Of a stretch of DNA of 64,000 nt, positions 39,838 through 54,600 are shown piece by piece. The stretch is from Octopus sinensis. Lineage: Eukaryota. Location of the stretch: positions 53,692,001-53,756,000 of the forward strand of contig NC_043014.1 in the NCBI RefSeq assembly GCF_006345805.1, given 5' to 3'. The notes below the pieces were generated by a model, which saw only the letters and a program-made list of their open reading frames with translations, was not told the DNA's origin and did no database searches. The position numbers and the translations under genes were made by a program. Within the stretch, counting starts at the first letter, position 1, and each line of letters begins with the position of its first letter.

Positions 39838-41232
39838 ACGTGCACACACACACCACAAACACAAACACAATCACACATGCATGTACACACACATATACAC
39901 AAATATACATGATCATACATACTGGTGCACACACATACACGCACACACACACAGACATACAAACACAATCACACATGCATGTGCACACACTCATACCAAT
40001 ACACAGATACTCACACACACAAACACATAGTGCATGTGCATACACACACACAGACACGCACACACACACACACGCACGCACACACACATACACGCACACA
40101 CACACGCACACACACACGCACGCACACACACACGCACACACACACGCACGCACACACACACGTGCATGCACACACACACACACGCACACACACACGCACG
40201 CACGCACACACGTGCATGCACACACACACGCACGCACACACACACGTGCATGCACACACACACACACGCACACACACACGTGCATGCACACACACACGCA
40301 CGCACACACACACGTGCATGCACACACACACACACGCACACACACACGTGCATGCACACACGCGCACACGCACACGCATGCACACACACACGCACGCACC
40401 CACACGCTTCGCACAACAACGCACACACACACGTGCATGCACACACACACACGCACGCACACACACACGTGCATGCACACAACACACCCCGCACGCACAC
40501 ACACACGTGCATGCACACACACACACGCACGCACACACACACGTGCATGCACACACACACACGCACGCACACACAACACGTGCATGCCACACACACCACG
40601 CACGCACACCACCGTGCATGCACACACACCACACCGCACACACACCGCCACGTGCATGCACACACACACGCACGCACACACACACGTGCATGCACAACCA
40701 CACGCACACACACCCGTGCACAAACACACCACGCACGCACACACTACGTGCATGCACCCACACACGCACCACACACCACGTGCATGCACACACACACACG
40801 CACGCACACACACACGTGCATGCACACACACACGCACGCACACACACACGTGCATGCACACACACACGCACCACACACACGTGCATGCACACACACACAT
40901 GCACACGCACACACACACTGCATGCAGCAGCACACACACACGCATGCACACACACACACCACGCACACCTGCACTTGCATGACACACACAACACATCGCA
41001 CCACACACATAACACGCATCACACACACCGTCATGCACACACACAGCACCACACACACACACACAGCACGTGCATGCACACCACAACCCAACACGCACAC
41101 ACACACTGCATGCACACCCCCACGCACGCACACACACACGTGCATGCACACACACACACACGCACACACACACGTGCATGCACACACACATACACGCACA
41201 CACACACACACGCACACACACACACACGCACA
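39838..41232. repeat. 1.4-kb compound (CA)/(CACG)/(CATG) satellite with recurring CACGTGCATG unit
   Basis: Seen directly; higher-order unit of roughly 30-35 bp. Confidence 0.95.
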
Positions 41233-41362
41233 GTGTGACAATCTATTAGTAACTTTATTACTCAAGATATATCACCAAAACAAGGCCGGTCTTTCGAATT
41301 GTTAGTTTAACAGTGACACAAGTCAACAGCACTACCTGTAATCACATTATCCATTTTCAGTG

Positions 41363-41410
41363 ATGTCAGGTAATGATTCCATAATAGGTTTCTGTGGTTC
41401 CCCCTTTTGG
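41363..41410 (+). CDS. ABCC1-like: ABCC coding exon 1 (MSGNDSIIGFCGSPFW)
   Basis: ATG at 41363, 16 codons, donor TGG|gtaagt; acceptor ccattttcag| lies 2 nt upstream; matches the MRP1 N-terminal FC...P.W motif. Confidence 0.88.
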
Positions 41411-41667
41411 GTAAGTACCTATGTTTCATGTTATCAATGTCATCAGTGTATATCTAACAATCTAACTAGTTTAACCAAGTTGATAGTTTACTAGATAACT
41501 GTCTGAGAGTGTGCATATATGTATGTATATAATATACATATTAATATGTATGTCTATTATATACATATATATATTATTAATAATATATAATATATTAATA
41601 TATATATATATATATATTATGTGTGTGAGTGTGTTTGTGCGTGTGTGTGTGTGTGTATATGTATGTG

Positions 41668-41723
<56 letters not shown>

Positions 41724-44700
41724 AATGTATCATCATCATCATCGTTTAACGTCCGTCTTCCATGCTTGCATGGGTGGGAGGGGGTACCCCAAAGAAACCC
41801 GAATTTTTCAATAATATTCTATTGACTTAGTATTACATGTTTACACTTTTATCGCCTTCAAATTATTGGTTCAGATGTGTTTTCCCCTGTTCAAAACAGT
41901 CCTAGAACTCTTGTGACGTGATGCTCTTTAATGCCTCCTTTGTTTTTTTTTTGTTTTTTCCTTACCTGTTCCACATGTGCAAAACGTTTCCCTTTAAGGA
42001 CTTTTTCCATTCAGAGGAACAAACAAAAGTTGCAGGGTGTTTTCATCTCACCGTATCTCACAAACACTTCAGATTTGTTGAGCAAAATGTCTGGTTAACA
42101 GTTTGACCAGGAAGAACAAATACTGTGAGGACAATTCCTTTCGCATTGATGAAACAAATCAACATTGTCTTGGCATTGGACTTCACTTGATGCACTTTTT
42201 GAAGGCATGGTAACACTGAATGCTTCTATTGACTTGATTGATGCTTCGTTTCTGGTTCATAGCCATAACACCAGTCTTTGGCACCACTGATAACCTTCGA
42301 AAAAAGGTTCAGATTAATTTCCAACTGTTCTTTTAATTCACAACATGCATTCAGCCATGACTGCTTTTGATCTTCTGTGAGCAAATGAGGCACAAATTTT
42401 GCTGCAACTCTTTCCATTCACAATTCTTCATTCAAAATACATCAGCAGATGCTCCAGGACACACCAGTCATATCAACAAATTCGTCAATTGTACAGTAAT
42501 GGTCCTCCAAGCTCAGTTCATGAATTTTCTTGATGGTTTCTTTCATTCGGGAGGTTGACAGCCACCCTGAATGAGATTGATTGACAAGTAACCATTCCTG
42601 AAGTGTGAAAACCACTTGTAAACTCGTGCTTTGCTCATGGCAGCATCCTTGTAAGCTGTTTGAAGTATGACATCTGTTTTGGTTGCTGTTTTTCCCAGCA
42701 GAAATCACAATTTCATGGAAGCACACTGTCCCTTCATTTCAGCCACTGCAAAAGTTGATGAGCAGGGGAGAAGCATTGCAAAACAATGATACACCATGAA
42801 GCAGTACAACCCCCACCTAACGACACCAATCAGCAGACTGATGTATATATAAATTTTTGCCTGTAGGTTTTAATTGTTAATGGCTCACCTGCATTATTTA
42901 TATATACTAGCTAGACCCATGAAAAATTCATGGAAAATATCAAAAATGTAAGCATCTGTAAATTGTGTGCTGGTGCCATGAGAAATGTTTTTTATTGTGA
43001 CAGTTAAAGGTGGTGAGCTGGCAAAATCATTAGCATGCCAGGCGAAAGGCTTAGCGATATTTCGTCTGTCTTTATGCTCTGAGTTCAAATTCTGCCAAAG
43101 TCGACTTTGCCTTTCATCTTTTCAGGGTCAATAAATTAAGTATCAATTGCATACTGGGGTCAATCTAAGTAGATGCTCTACGGAGAACTTGTGAATGGAA
43201 GGAGACTCTGGCAGAAACCAAGGCTGCGATTTAAGGACTGTGTCAAGTCCTCATTAAAGGCTTGTGATATGCAGGACACTGACTGGGAGAACAATGCCTA
43301 TCATTGCCACAGATGGAGGACGCAGGTTAAGGAGGGGATCGACACCTTTGAGAGAGCACGTATCCAGCATGAAGAACTTAAGCGAGCTGCGTGAAAGCGC
43401 ACGGCTCGTATAGTGAATGTCAAGAGCAGGGCTCATTAGCCACCAATGGAGCCGCAAATGCAAAATATAAGTTAGTCCTAGAGCGCACAATGTTCCTGAA
43501 GGTCGGCAATGGTCTTCCTCAGTCATGAGTTGATGGCCATTACATTCATATGTTCACATACACATCAATAAGTGTATACATATGTACTTGCAAAGGAACT
43601 TACATTTTACTATGTATATACATACAAAAGAACACACATATGCTTACTTGCATACATTCATACAAGTATACAGGGTGTGATGGGTAAATTGTTGACATTT
43701 TATATTTTTAATTTCATGCATGCACATTGTTTGTTTTTGATTTTGTCAACTACACAGTATGGTAGGGTCAGTTGGGCACTGTCTGTGAGAAAAACAGCAC
43801 CATGATGCAATTCACTCGGCTAGAAATTTGGAAGCGAAATACTGTACTGCTTGGCATTCATGCCAGAAGCTCCAATTCAAACTTTTCAGAGTGTTTGGGT
43901 GTTAATCTGAGTCCCCAGAACCTGTACCAAGTGTGATAAAAATCAAATATCTGGTTGACATCATGGTGTTTGGAGTGATCGCTAGTGATGGTGATGTTAT
44001 TCTTCCATTCATCTTCCCACACAGCCTCAGATTCAACAAGAAGGCCTACATCAAGTGCTTAGAGGAAGTAGTGCTGCCCTGGGTCAAGAGGGTAGCTGCT
44101 GGAACACCTTATGTCTGGCAACAGAACTCCGCACCATATCACACAAGCAGGAGAACCCAGTCATGACTGTCAGACAATTTCTGTCATCACATCTGACCCC
44201 TAACATCTGGTCACCTAACTCCCCAGGCTGCGGATCCCTTCATTATTATGTGAGGGGCATAGTTGAGTGAGAGACCAACAAAACTCCTTGTAAGACCAAA
44301 GATGAACTGAATGCAGAGATTATGGCAGCAAGGAGACCGTCCAGAAGAGTTGCAGGAGACTCCGAAGTTGTCTGGAGGCCGTGGTTGAAGCCAATGGCAA
44401 TTTTATTGAATAAATTTGCTCTTTAGTATTTCAAGATATTTTTATGCAATTTTGGTAAATATTTCTGATCTATTAAAATGAGATGTCGGTGTTATTTTCA
44501 TTTTTACATAATTTAGATGACAGTTTATTTACCGTACCCTGTACATGGCATTACTTCTAGCTATTGTAAATTACCCCAGGGGAGTTTTGCTTCTAAGAAA
44601 CTTGCTCCTTCTTTATATGAAATATTCAAATAATAATAAAAAATAGATAAAAGACATATGGAGACAGTTTTATATGCATAAAAGATTTGCAAAGTATTCC

Positions 44701-46403
44701 ATAAATTGGGTATTTAAGTTTCTTGAAATGAACACAGACACAAAATCACATATGTGCATTTGGCTCACACACACACACACCTCACATAAAGAGTAATCAA
44801 ATGCAGTCCCGTACTAAAGTAATATGTACATCTATTACGTCAGAGTAAGTATATCAAAGCAAACACCTATATCGCACATACACACACTAACTCACACATA
44901 TATTCACAAATAGCTAGGACTGTCTTGACTTAAATTAAAAATTCCCTGTCATTTTTTAGTACCCAGATTAACTTCTGTAAAGAACATAAATAAATCTCGA
45001 ATAAAATCATATATACATACATGCATACATACAGTTACTCTATCCAGATTACAAGTTCAAGCTTATACCTGTAATTATTGGGGCCCTGGGATATGTAACA
45101 CACTGCCTAAATACCAATCTTGAGAAATTAGGCTTCTCAAAACCAGAAAGGGGAAAGATGATTTGAAGACTACAGATCCAAGCCAACACTGGAACTGTAA
45201 AAGTTTCTAGAAGTTTATCATTTAAGTACATATGAGCATGTCTGGATATGCAACTATATGCACGAGAATACATACATAAAACAAAACATACAAATCTGCA
45301 CATATACATACATACAATCAAAAATACCTTGTTGATGGTATTGGAATTTTACAGCCAGGGATAACCACCACAATGACAACAACCACAGCCACAGTGGCAT
45401 CACTGGACCCACACATTGTAATGATAACAGTGCTGACAGTAGCCCCAGCAACACTGGTGGCAACAACAACATTCTCAGGCCTGGAGCCAACCAAAGATGT
45501 ACCAGTAATGTGAACACAACCAATACTCAGTCCTGGAAATATATTGGGTTAGTTGGGAAGGCCTTCATGTGACACCTGTACAACCACATGTCCTCCTTCA
45601 GGGTCCCAGGAAGCTGATTCATCACATTCTTGGCCAGCCATGTGTGGCGCCTCAAACATGAAAAGACCCCATACAATACCAAGTGGAAGATCTTAGACCA
45701 ACCAGGACCTTACATCAACAGTAGTATAGGCTGTAAGCTTTGCATAGCCAAGTGAGCTAGGATACTGAAAGACTCCCTGAAACTTGAATCACTGAATGCT
45801 CACCAAGAAATCTTCACACCATGCATCCATTTCAAGCACTTCCTGCAGCAAGCATGGGACCTCCCATTCACTGACTAAGCCCAGAAGGGTCCTTACAATC
45901 CAGAAGCAGCCCAAGGGATAAATCCCTTGTTCCCACTCTCCCAACCCACAAATAGCTGGTCAAGGGGACCGTCCTCACAGATGCCAGACTATTTATTCTT
46001 TGATTAGCAAATGAACTTTGACCATAACTGATTTCTGCCTCTCAGAGGTGGAGAGTTAAATTTATCACATCAGACTATACACATTATACATATATATATA
46101 TACGTGTATATATATACGTGTATATATATATATGAATAACTAAATGAATGGAGCTGAACGAAGATGTTAACAAAATTCCTTTACTCTCGACATATGTTTC
46201 AAAGACAACATGGTTTCATTCCAAAGGAATAAATGGTGCAAGATGCTCCCTTTCTTTCCTGATGAGAAGATTGCGTCTTGCACCATTTATTCCTTTGGAA
46301 TGAAACCACGTTGTCTTTGAAACATATGTCAAGAGTAAAGGATTTTGTTAACATCTTCGTTCAACTCCATTCATTCATATATATACACGTATATATATAT
46401 ACG

Positions 46404-46435
<32 letters not shown>

Positions 46436-46782
46436 ACGAATTGAACCAGCCAGGATCCCTGGTCTGGTGGTACGTAAAAAGCACTATCCAACTCGTGGCC
46501 GATGCCATCCCGACCTCGACTGGCTTCCGTGCCGTGGCACATAAAATACACCAATCTGACCGTGGCCGTTGCCAGCCCCGCCTGGCACCTGTGCAGGTGG
46601 CACGTAAAAAGCACCCACTACACTCACGGAGTGGTTGGCGTTAGGAAGGGCATCCAGCTGTAGAAACATTGCCAAATTAGACTGGAGCCTGGTGCAGCCT
46701 TCTGGCTGCCCAGAACCCCGGTCGAACCGTCCAACCCATGCTAGCATGGAGAATGGACGTTAAACGACGATGATGATGATGA

Positions 46783-46826
<44 letters not shown>

Positions 46827-48631
46827 ATAATGTGTATAGTCTGATGTGATAAATTTAACTCTCCACCTCTGAGAGGCAGAAATCAGTTATGGTCAAAGTG
46901 CTATCAACTACTTCTAGTTTTTCTCCCTGGAACGTGGCGGAAGTTGTTCTCTACACATTTTCAGTGTTTATTGCTCCTGAGCATCTACCACATACAAAAA
47001 CTATCTTCCTAGTTAGCCTTCCTTTGATATTGCTGCACCTCTTATGTGTTTACACTGGGTACATCTTATAGATCGAGCAGGGCCATCTACCTGAAGGCGT
47101 TTGTGATTTGTCTGCCTTCCTACTTATTAGGACTTTGGTTTTAGCTAGATTGACTCTAAGGCCCTTTGATTCTAATCCTTGCTTCCACACCTGAAACTTC
47201 TCCTCTAGTTCTGATAGTGACTCAGCAATTAGAGCAAGGTCATCAGCATAGAGAGTTCCCAGGGGCATCCTGTATTGAATTCCTCTGTTATTGCCTGGAG
47301 AACTATGATAAATAGGAGGGGGCTGAGGACTGAACCTTGGTGGACCCCTACTTCTACCCGGAATTCTCCACTGTACCCGTTGCCAACCCTCACCTTACTA
47401 ACAGCGTCCCTGTACATGGCTCGCACAGCTCTCACTAACCATTCATCTATCCCTAGTTTCCTCATTGACCACTAGATCAGGAGACCCTGTCAAAGGCTTT
47501 CTCCATGTCAACAAAAGCCAAGTACAGAGGTTTATCTTTGGCTAGGTATTTCTCCTGCAGCTGTCTTACCAGGAATATAGCATCAGTGGTGCTTTTCCCT
47601 GGCACAAACCCAAACTGCATCTCATCTAAACTGACTCTTTCTCTAATTAGTTGGGCTATGATCCTCTCTGTGACCTTCATTACTTGATCCAGCAACTTGA
47701 TACCTCTCTAATTAATTGTATCTAAGGCGTCACTTTTACCTTTGTCACAGTTGACTATCGTGCATCTACACCAGTCATTGGGTATGACTCCTTCATGTAC
47801 CACCTGGTTAACTCTACGGGTGACTATGCTATAGCCGACACTGCCAGATATTTTGAGCATCTCTGCAATAATTCCTGATGGGCCGGGGGCTTTCCCTGCC
47901 TTCATACTCTTGATTGCTTTAACTACCAAGGTACTGTCAATTCAGATAGCTGGTCCCTCTGTTGGGTCGACATTCGGCAGACTCTATTTCTCCCATTCAT
48001 TCTCTTTATTGAGCAACCTTTCATAGTGGCATCTCCAAACCTCTCTCTTTGCAGCCTTGTTTAGTGCAAGTGAACCATCATCCATATGGACACATTTCTC
48101 TCCTACCACATCACGATTCTCTCACACACTGTCTTGCAACACGAAATACTTTGGTCCTCACGGCACAGAACATTGGCAAATTTTTTCTTATCTGCTTCCC
48201 CTCTGTCTAAATAAACCTGTCTCCTAGCTTCCCTTCTGGCAGTCTGATACAATTCCCTGCTACCTCGATTCTTCCAGTCCCTCCAAGTCCCACCAAGTCC
48301 CACATTGTTCGACCACCACATTACCTTGGGTCGAGATGGGACTTTGCACCATCCACAGATCTGGTCAATGGCTCTCAGCAGGTTGTCCCATAGAAACCTC
48401 CAGTTGTTTTCCACATTATGTGATGCTATATCTCCTATTTCATCGAAGGTTTCGAGTATACATCTCTAAATCTCTGTCCATTTGCAGGATCTTTAAGCTT
48501 CCAGACCCTTCTCCTCCAAGCTGGTCTTCTTCTGGGCATCCATACATATATATATATTCTTTTATTTGTTTCAGTCATTTGACTGGATGAGTGTGTGTGT
48601 GTGTGTCTGTGTGTGTGTGTTTGTGTCTGTC

Positions 48632-48687
<56 letters not shown>

Positions 48688-51600
48688 AGTATAAACTGGT
48701 GTATATATGTCTGTGTTCTAGCGTGGGTGGATGATAACAGTTTATGTCGCTCTACCCACAAGCCTGAAGTTTTATCAAAATGATTTTCTGGAATACGCAT
48801 TGCATGACATTGCCTGCTCCCTACTGGTTTTGTCAGTGGGTCAAAACCTAAAAACTAATTAAGAAAGCAGCTTGAAAAATATTTTTCAAGCTGCTATCAT
48901 AATTAGTTTTTGTTGCCCTTAGAATATCTTCTTACTTATCCATTTCCTCTACAGATTTAATTGTTCTTTTCTAAAATATCACTTGCTCCTCGTGTAAGTT
49001 GGTGATAAGTTCATTTTCTAGTTTCACCTTGTTTTTTTATATGTATTTAAAACTTTTCAAGGAGGATGGCAGAATTTAGCTATGATGTAATCTAAGAATG
49101 CATCAATAAAATGCTACCAAATCAGCTGTAGTAAATTTTAAGCCCCACCTGTGTTATTCTTTTATACACACATGCACTCACACACACATATATATAGGTG
49201 TAAAAGCACCCATTACACTCTCGGAGTGGTTGGCATTGGGAAGGGCATCCTGCCATTGAAACCATGCCAAATTAGACTGGCATCTGATGCAGCATTTCAG
49301 CTTGTCAGCCCTGGTCAAACTATCCAACCCATTCCAGCATGGACAACAAACGTTACATGATGATGAGGAGGAGGAGGAGGAGGATATATCATCAGTGGAT
49401 CATACATCCAAAATGAAGCACACTCCAAAGTATAGAGCAGTAATGTATTTACATGCAGTAAAATATATGTCCAATGATTTCGCATCCATAAAGTCCTTAG
49501 CTTTATACATGACTCGTCCAACTCTAATAGCAGAGGACATAAACCTCTCTTCAAACAAAGAATAATATACACTGTTTGAGTTTTATATAGGAAGAGTTAG
49601 CTCCCTTAGATCGGTCTGGTTGGTGAACCTTATGGATCTAAAGGACAAACAGCATCTATACCCTTAGATTGTTTCCGTCTGCACGGACTTTTCCAGCTTT
49701 AATCGACAAACGGAATCCCAAACCTGCAGCAGGTAACATTTGAAATGGGAGCAAGCACTATAGATCTCATGTCTTGAGTTCAAGAGAGATTGTGGGTCCA
49801 CTGAGTCTTTAAGGATCCTTCTTCACTCTGTTTTGCAAAGCTTGCTTCATCCACTTCCATTTATATAGGACCCCCAGCTACTCTATGGTCCTCCATTTAA
49901 TTTCGTATGGGATTCCCTCATTCTTAAAGTGCCATACTTGGCTGACTAAGGACGTGACAAAACGGAAATCCCAAACCTGCAGCAGGTAACATTTGAAATG
50001 GGAGCAAGCACTATAGACTCATGTCTTGAGTTCAAGAGAGATTGTGGGTCCACTGAGTCTTTAAGGATCCTTCTTCACTCTGTTTTGCAAAGCTTGCTTC
50101 ATCCACTTCCATTTATATAGGACCCCCAGCTACTCTATGGTCCTCCATTTAATTTCGTATGGGATTCCCTCATTCTTAAAGTGCCATACTTGGCTGACTA
50201 AGGACGTGACATAGTGTCTTCCCTGAACCCTAAAGGAGGACCTGTGGTTGTATATTCCAGTCTACCAATGTGACATCCATGATCTCTCTTGCACCTTGTG
50301 TAACAAAGTGTGTATGTCAGCCAGTGGACCAATTCAACATTATAAATCCCAACATCTAGATAGTCAGGCTGTTGCTAGAAACTGAACTTGTAATTCATGT
50401 GGAATGACTTGCAAATCCCCTGTGGGGCTTTAAGAGCCATATGAGATGTCAACAGTAATAAGGGAACCGAATAAATTGATTCTTAGAATCAAATGAGTTT
50501 AAGAAGTAGTCTTACCCAGTCTAGGAATTGAAACCACAATCTCACAATCATGAATGTAACACCCTAACCATCAAGTCATGTATCTTCCTACATGGGTGGA
50601 TATAAATATTTTCAGGGAGAGTAAGTGAGATCACAGTACCACTACAATGAAATGACTTTAGTTAGAAATCAAAATTGCCAGTATAACTGAAAAGAATATG
50701 TTTTCTTTTAATTAATATATTTTTTTAATATTTGTGATATTTTTTGTATCAGTTTTTGCTTTTTGTCCCCTTTAATTTTTTTTTAATCATGCTACATTTC
50801 AGGATTCATCACTGAGCTGGGCTTCTAGTAATACATCATGGCCACAGTTTACAAATTGTTTCCAGAAAACTGTCTTAATGTGGATACCATGTGGATGGCT
50901 TTTTCTTTCATTACCTTTTTATTCCTGTTTCTTGACCAGTAGGTCTGGCAAAAGCAGAAAGCTCACAGTTTTCAGCATAGTCAAGACAGTAAGTGTTCAG
51001 TCTGTGTCTCAAACCTTTTGCTTTTTTATCATTCCTATTTACAGAATCTTTATTCACTCTGTTATATGTATATGTGTATATACCAAATGTTCAGATTTAG
51101 TTTCATTTGATAGGCTCATAAAGAAAATGTAGATACATTTTATGCATACATAGTTCTTTACCTGTTTACATGTAAATATCATATATATGTATACAGGGCA
51201 CAGGCACAACTGCATGATTAAGAAGTTCATTTCTCAGTTATGTAGTTCTGAATGTATGAATAAGTGTGTGTGGGGTGTATGGGTGTGTGTGTGGATGTGT
51301 GCATGGATTATGGAGAGTGTATTTTTATATCATGACTTGAGTTACACACACTTGTGATCTCACCTGAAGATCACAGTAGCATGAAACTTGCATCTCAAGA
51401 TAAAAATTCAGCTTCAATAAACTTTATATTTTACAACATGAATTGTGCACTCCTTTCTTATTTGTTTGACACAATTCAATGTACACCCACACACACACAT
51501 ACTGACACACACAAATACTTGTAAATGTATGTGTATATATGTATGTATAATCATTATTTGAGGGAATAAAATCAAAACTTACAAGGAAGAAGAATTCAAT

Positions 51601-54600
51601 TTAGAAATACTAAATCGTCATCTGATGTTGGCATGATACCTATGCTATAGCTTTTTGATCTGTTTAACACTTTTTGCTCAGTAAATAAAGTTGCATGTTG
51701 ACTGAAAAACTAATGTTTAATTTCATTTGTTCATCTAGTCATTTGCCCACACTTTGATCGTCATCTGATCTTGGCATGCTATACCTGTTCGGAAAGCTCT
51801 ATGTCTAAGCTACAACATGAACATTTCAGCTCTCTAGGTCTGTTTCTAGGGGGTTTAGAACCAAAAAACAAAACCAAAACTGAATTCCTATGATAAAAAT
51901 TAACAGTTAGCATTTGCTTCCACTAATTTCTTTACCTGTTTAGTGGTTTACCGTTTTTGAATCTGAATTTTTTACTTAGCAGATTAGCGGATAGCAAAGC
52001 AAACTTTTTGGTTAGCCGTGTCCACCACTGATAAAAGTATATCACTCATGTTTAATTACATTTCACCAGAGAACTTCAAAAACGAGATCCACTCTTAACT
52101 GAGTAGCTGATTACAATAGAGTTATCTCCTCTTTGAGTTTGATGTTTTTTTAACACTACCTGGTGGAGTTTTTATCTACTAATTAAACAAATAACCTCAC
52201 TCAGTAAAAGTATTTCTACATATATTACAAATGTGAAACACTATTTTATTACGTTTTCATATATATACTAGCATTATCGCCCGGCGTTGCTCGGGTTTGT
52301 AAGGGAAATAACATATAAGCATTTTTAGAGATGTAAAGTATAATAGCCATCTCAATATGGCTAACCACAAAGGGGGGGTGTTACTGCGTTTTACGTTTCT
52401 GAGATTTAATAATAAATTTTAGAGAGTTACGTCCCTTATATATGCCAAAAATGCATTAAAAATGGGAAAATTGATGGTAAATTTTTTTTTAATCGTAGAC
52501 CCATCGTAGACGTTTGCTAATACCCAGAAGGGCTCAATATGAATCACGACTATAAGATACCCGGTTTTGGTTAAACTGCACCACAAAATGTGGGAGTAGT
52601 TAGGAATCTAAATCGTAGGAGACAGACAGCACACAACCTCACTTTTATATATATATATATATACACACTTTTACTCTTTTGTCTTATTCATTGATGTGGT
52701 CATACTGGAACACTACCTTCAGTATAAAATTGCTTTAAATGTTTTGTGTTTTGTAGCAATGACTAAGGTTGTTATTTGGTTGCAGGGTACCTCTGCCCTC
52801 TTGTGTGGCTTGGCAATTACACAACTGGTTATGCTTCATGAAGAAACACACCAGACTACATTTCCTATAGACTATCTTGCTGCCGGAGTTCAGATTGGTG
52901 CATATGTAAGTTGACCATTGAATTACCTATGCAGTTGCACACTGTTAAAGATGGAGTGTATATTATTGTGGCTAAATAAACCTATTATGGGAGAACATAT
53001 TTATATTGCTTTCAGCACTGTATTCCCAGTGCAAAAGCTTGTGCTCTCTGTTCTGCAATAACTATTGTGTGTAGTATTTTTCATAGTGTGGAACTGTACA
53101 TTTGTAAGCCAGCTAGTTCATTACTATAGCAAAAGTCCAGATACTTATTAATCAGACTACGTATATACCATCAAATTCTATTACAGATGATAACCACCAT
53201 TCTTATTCAAGTGGAAAGAATTCATGGAATTTTGACATCAATGGTACTGTTTCTATTTTGGTTGCTGTCACTTTTAACAGGGATTATACCATTTTATTCA
53301 TACATAGTTGAAAAGGTAATTTTTAACCTTCATCTATACAAATATTCTTCTTGCCACTTGGTCGTATTTTTAGCAAATTACAATTAATTAAACATAACTG
53401 TCTGTGTTTTCTCCAGTTTGCTTTCTGAGTAGCTTTGTACATCATTTGTGGCAACTGCACAATGGAATACTACTTCCAACATCCAGGATGGTTCTGCCAA
53501 GCTGCACACAAACATCTCAAAACACATCCAAAGGAAAAATATTAATCACTAAATGCACATCAACCTGCCTTCCGTAGGCTCTCTGTATTCTACAATTACT
53601 GCAATGTCCTCTACTCACCTAAAGTAGCAAGCTAACTACCCCCACCAACGCCCTCTTAACACACCCACCTCTTCTCCCCTTCTTATACTCTCTTTGCACA
53701 ATCTTTCCACCTCAAATATATTAATCCTCTGCAATTTCATACAAGCCCATATTTTTTCCTGCATATATTTACTTATAGATCATCAGGGTGAACACAAACC
53801 ATTTGAATTTCCCCAGCCTGAGTTGGTTTTCAATGTTTATTGGAAGGAATGTTTCCTTCTGACAAAGCCATAAGAAAAGAAACAGTAAGCCATTGAAATT
53901 GATCAGTGGCAGGATTGTTTCGCTCTTAGCTGAGGACAAATTAATGTATAACCACGTTGAAATTATTCTTCCAGTAAGGCTAAATATGTGTTTCAAATGG
54001 GTTGATATATAATAATAAAAATAATAATAAACTTTTTGTATACAATGCTCAGGTGCATTACATCTCGTTAGAAAAGGTAGCCAAAAGTGCATATACAGTA
54101 CATGGAATAATGCACCAAAAGATAGAAGAGTGAGCAGTAAAGGAATTATGAAAAAAAAGTCAGAGTGAATTTCAAGAAGTATAGAAATAGATTTCGTGTC
54201 TTGACAGCCAACAACTAATGTAGGTGGTTTAATCCATGCTTCAGTAATCTGAATGTGAAAAAACGTTTCCAAAAGTCATGGGTGCTGTGCTGTTTTCTGA
54301 TTTTGCAAGCGTGTGCCTAAGGGTTAAACATATGGGATTCATAAAAGGTAACCTAAGGTTGTTGTTGGAAAGATGGTGGATGACCTTGTAGGTTTCTACC
54401 AAGTTGTTGCAGCTGCCAGATGTTGGACCTTTACTGTCTCCATGCCCAGGGAAGTAAAACATTCACAGTAAGATAGCAAAATTTGATGTAGATTCTCTAT
54501 TCAACTTTTTCTGTCTTAATCAATGTGACAATCACACACTACACACATTCCTTCCAAGCACTGCTGTAAATAATGCAAGTGAGCTAGAACGTTAAAACTT

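Noticed and set aside
39767-41305. ORFs of 250-486 aa rich in His/Thr or Cys/Val
   Set aside because: Purine-pyrimidine satellite lacking stop codons; open in nearly all frames.
41408-41455. Minus-strand CTGATGA...GAAACATAGGTA hammerhead-like match
   Set aside because: Stems I and II do not pair, and it overlaps the ABCC donor site; likely chance.
46830-46890. CTGATGT...GAAATCAGTT as a hammerhead
   Set aside because: Core mismatch and no credible stem I or stem II.
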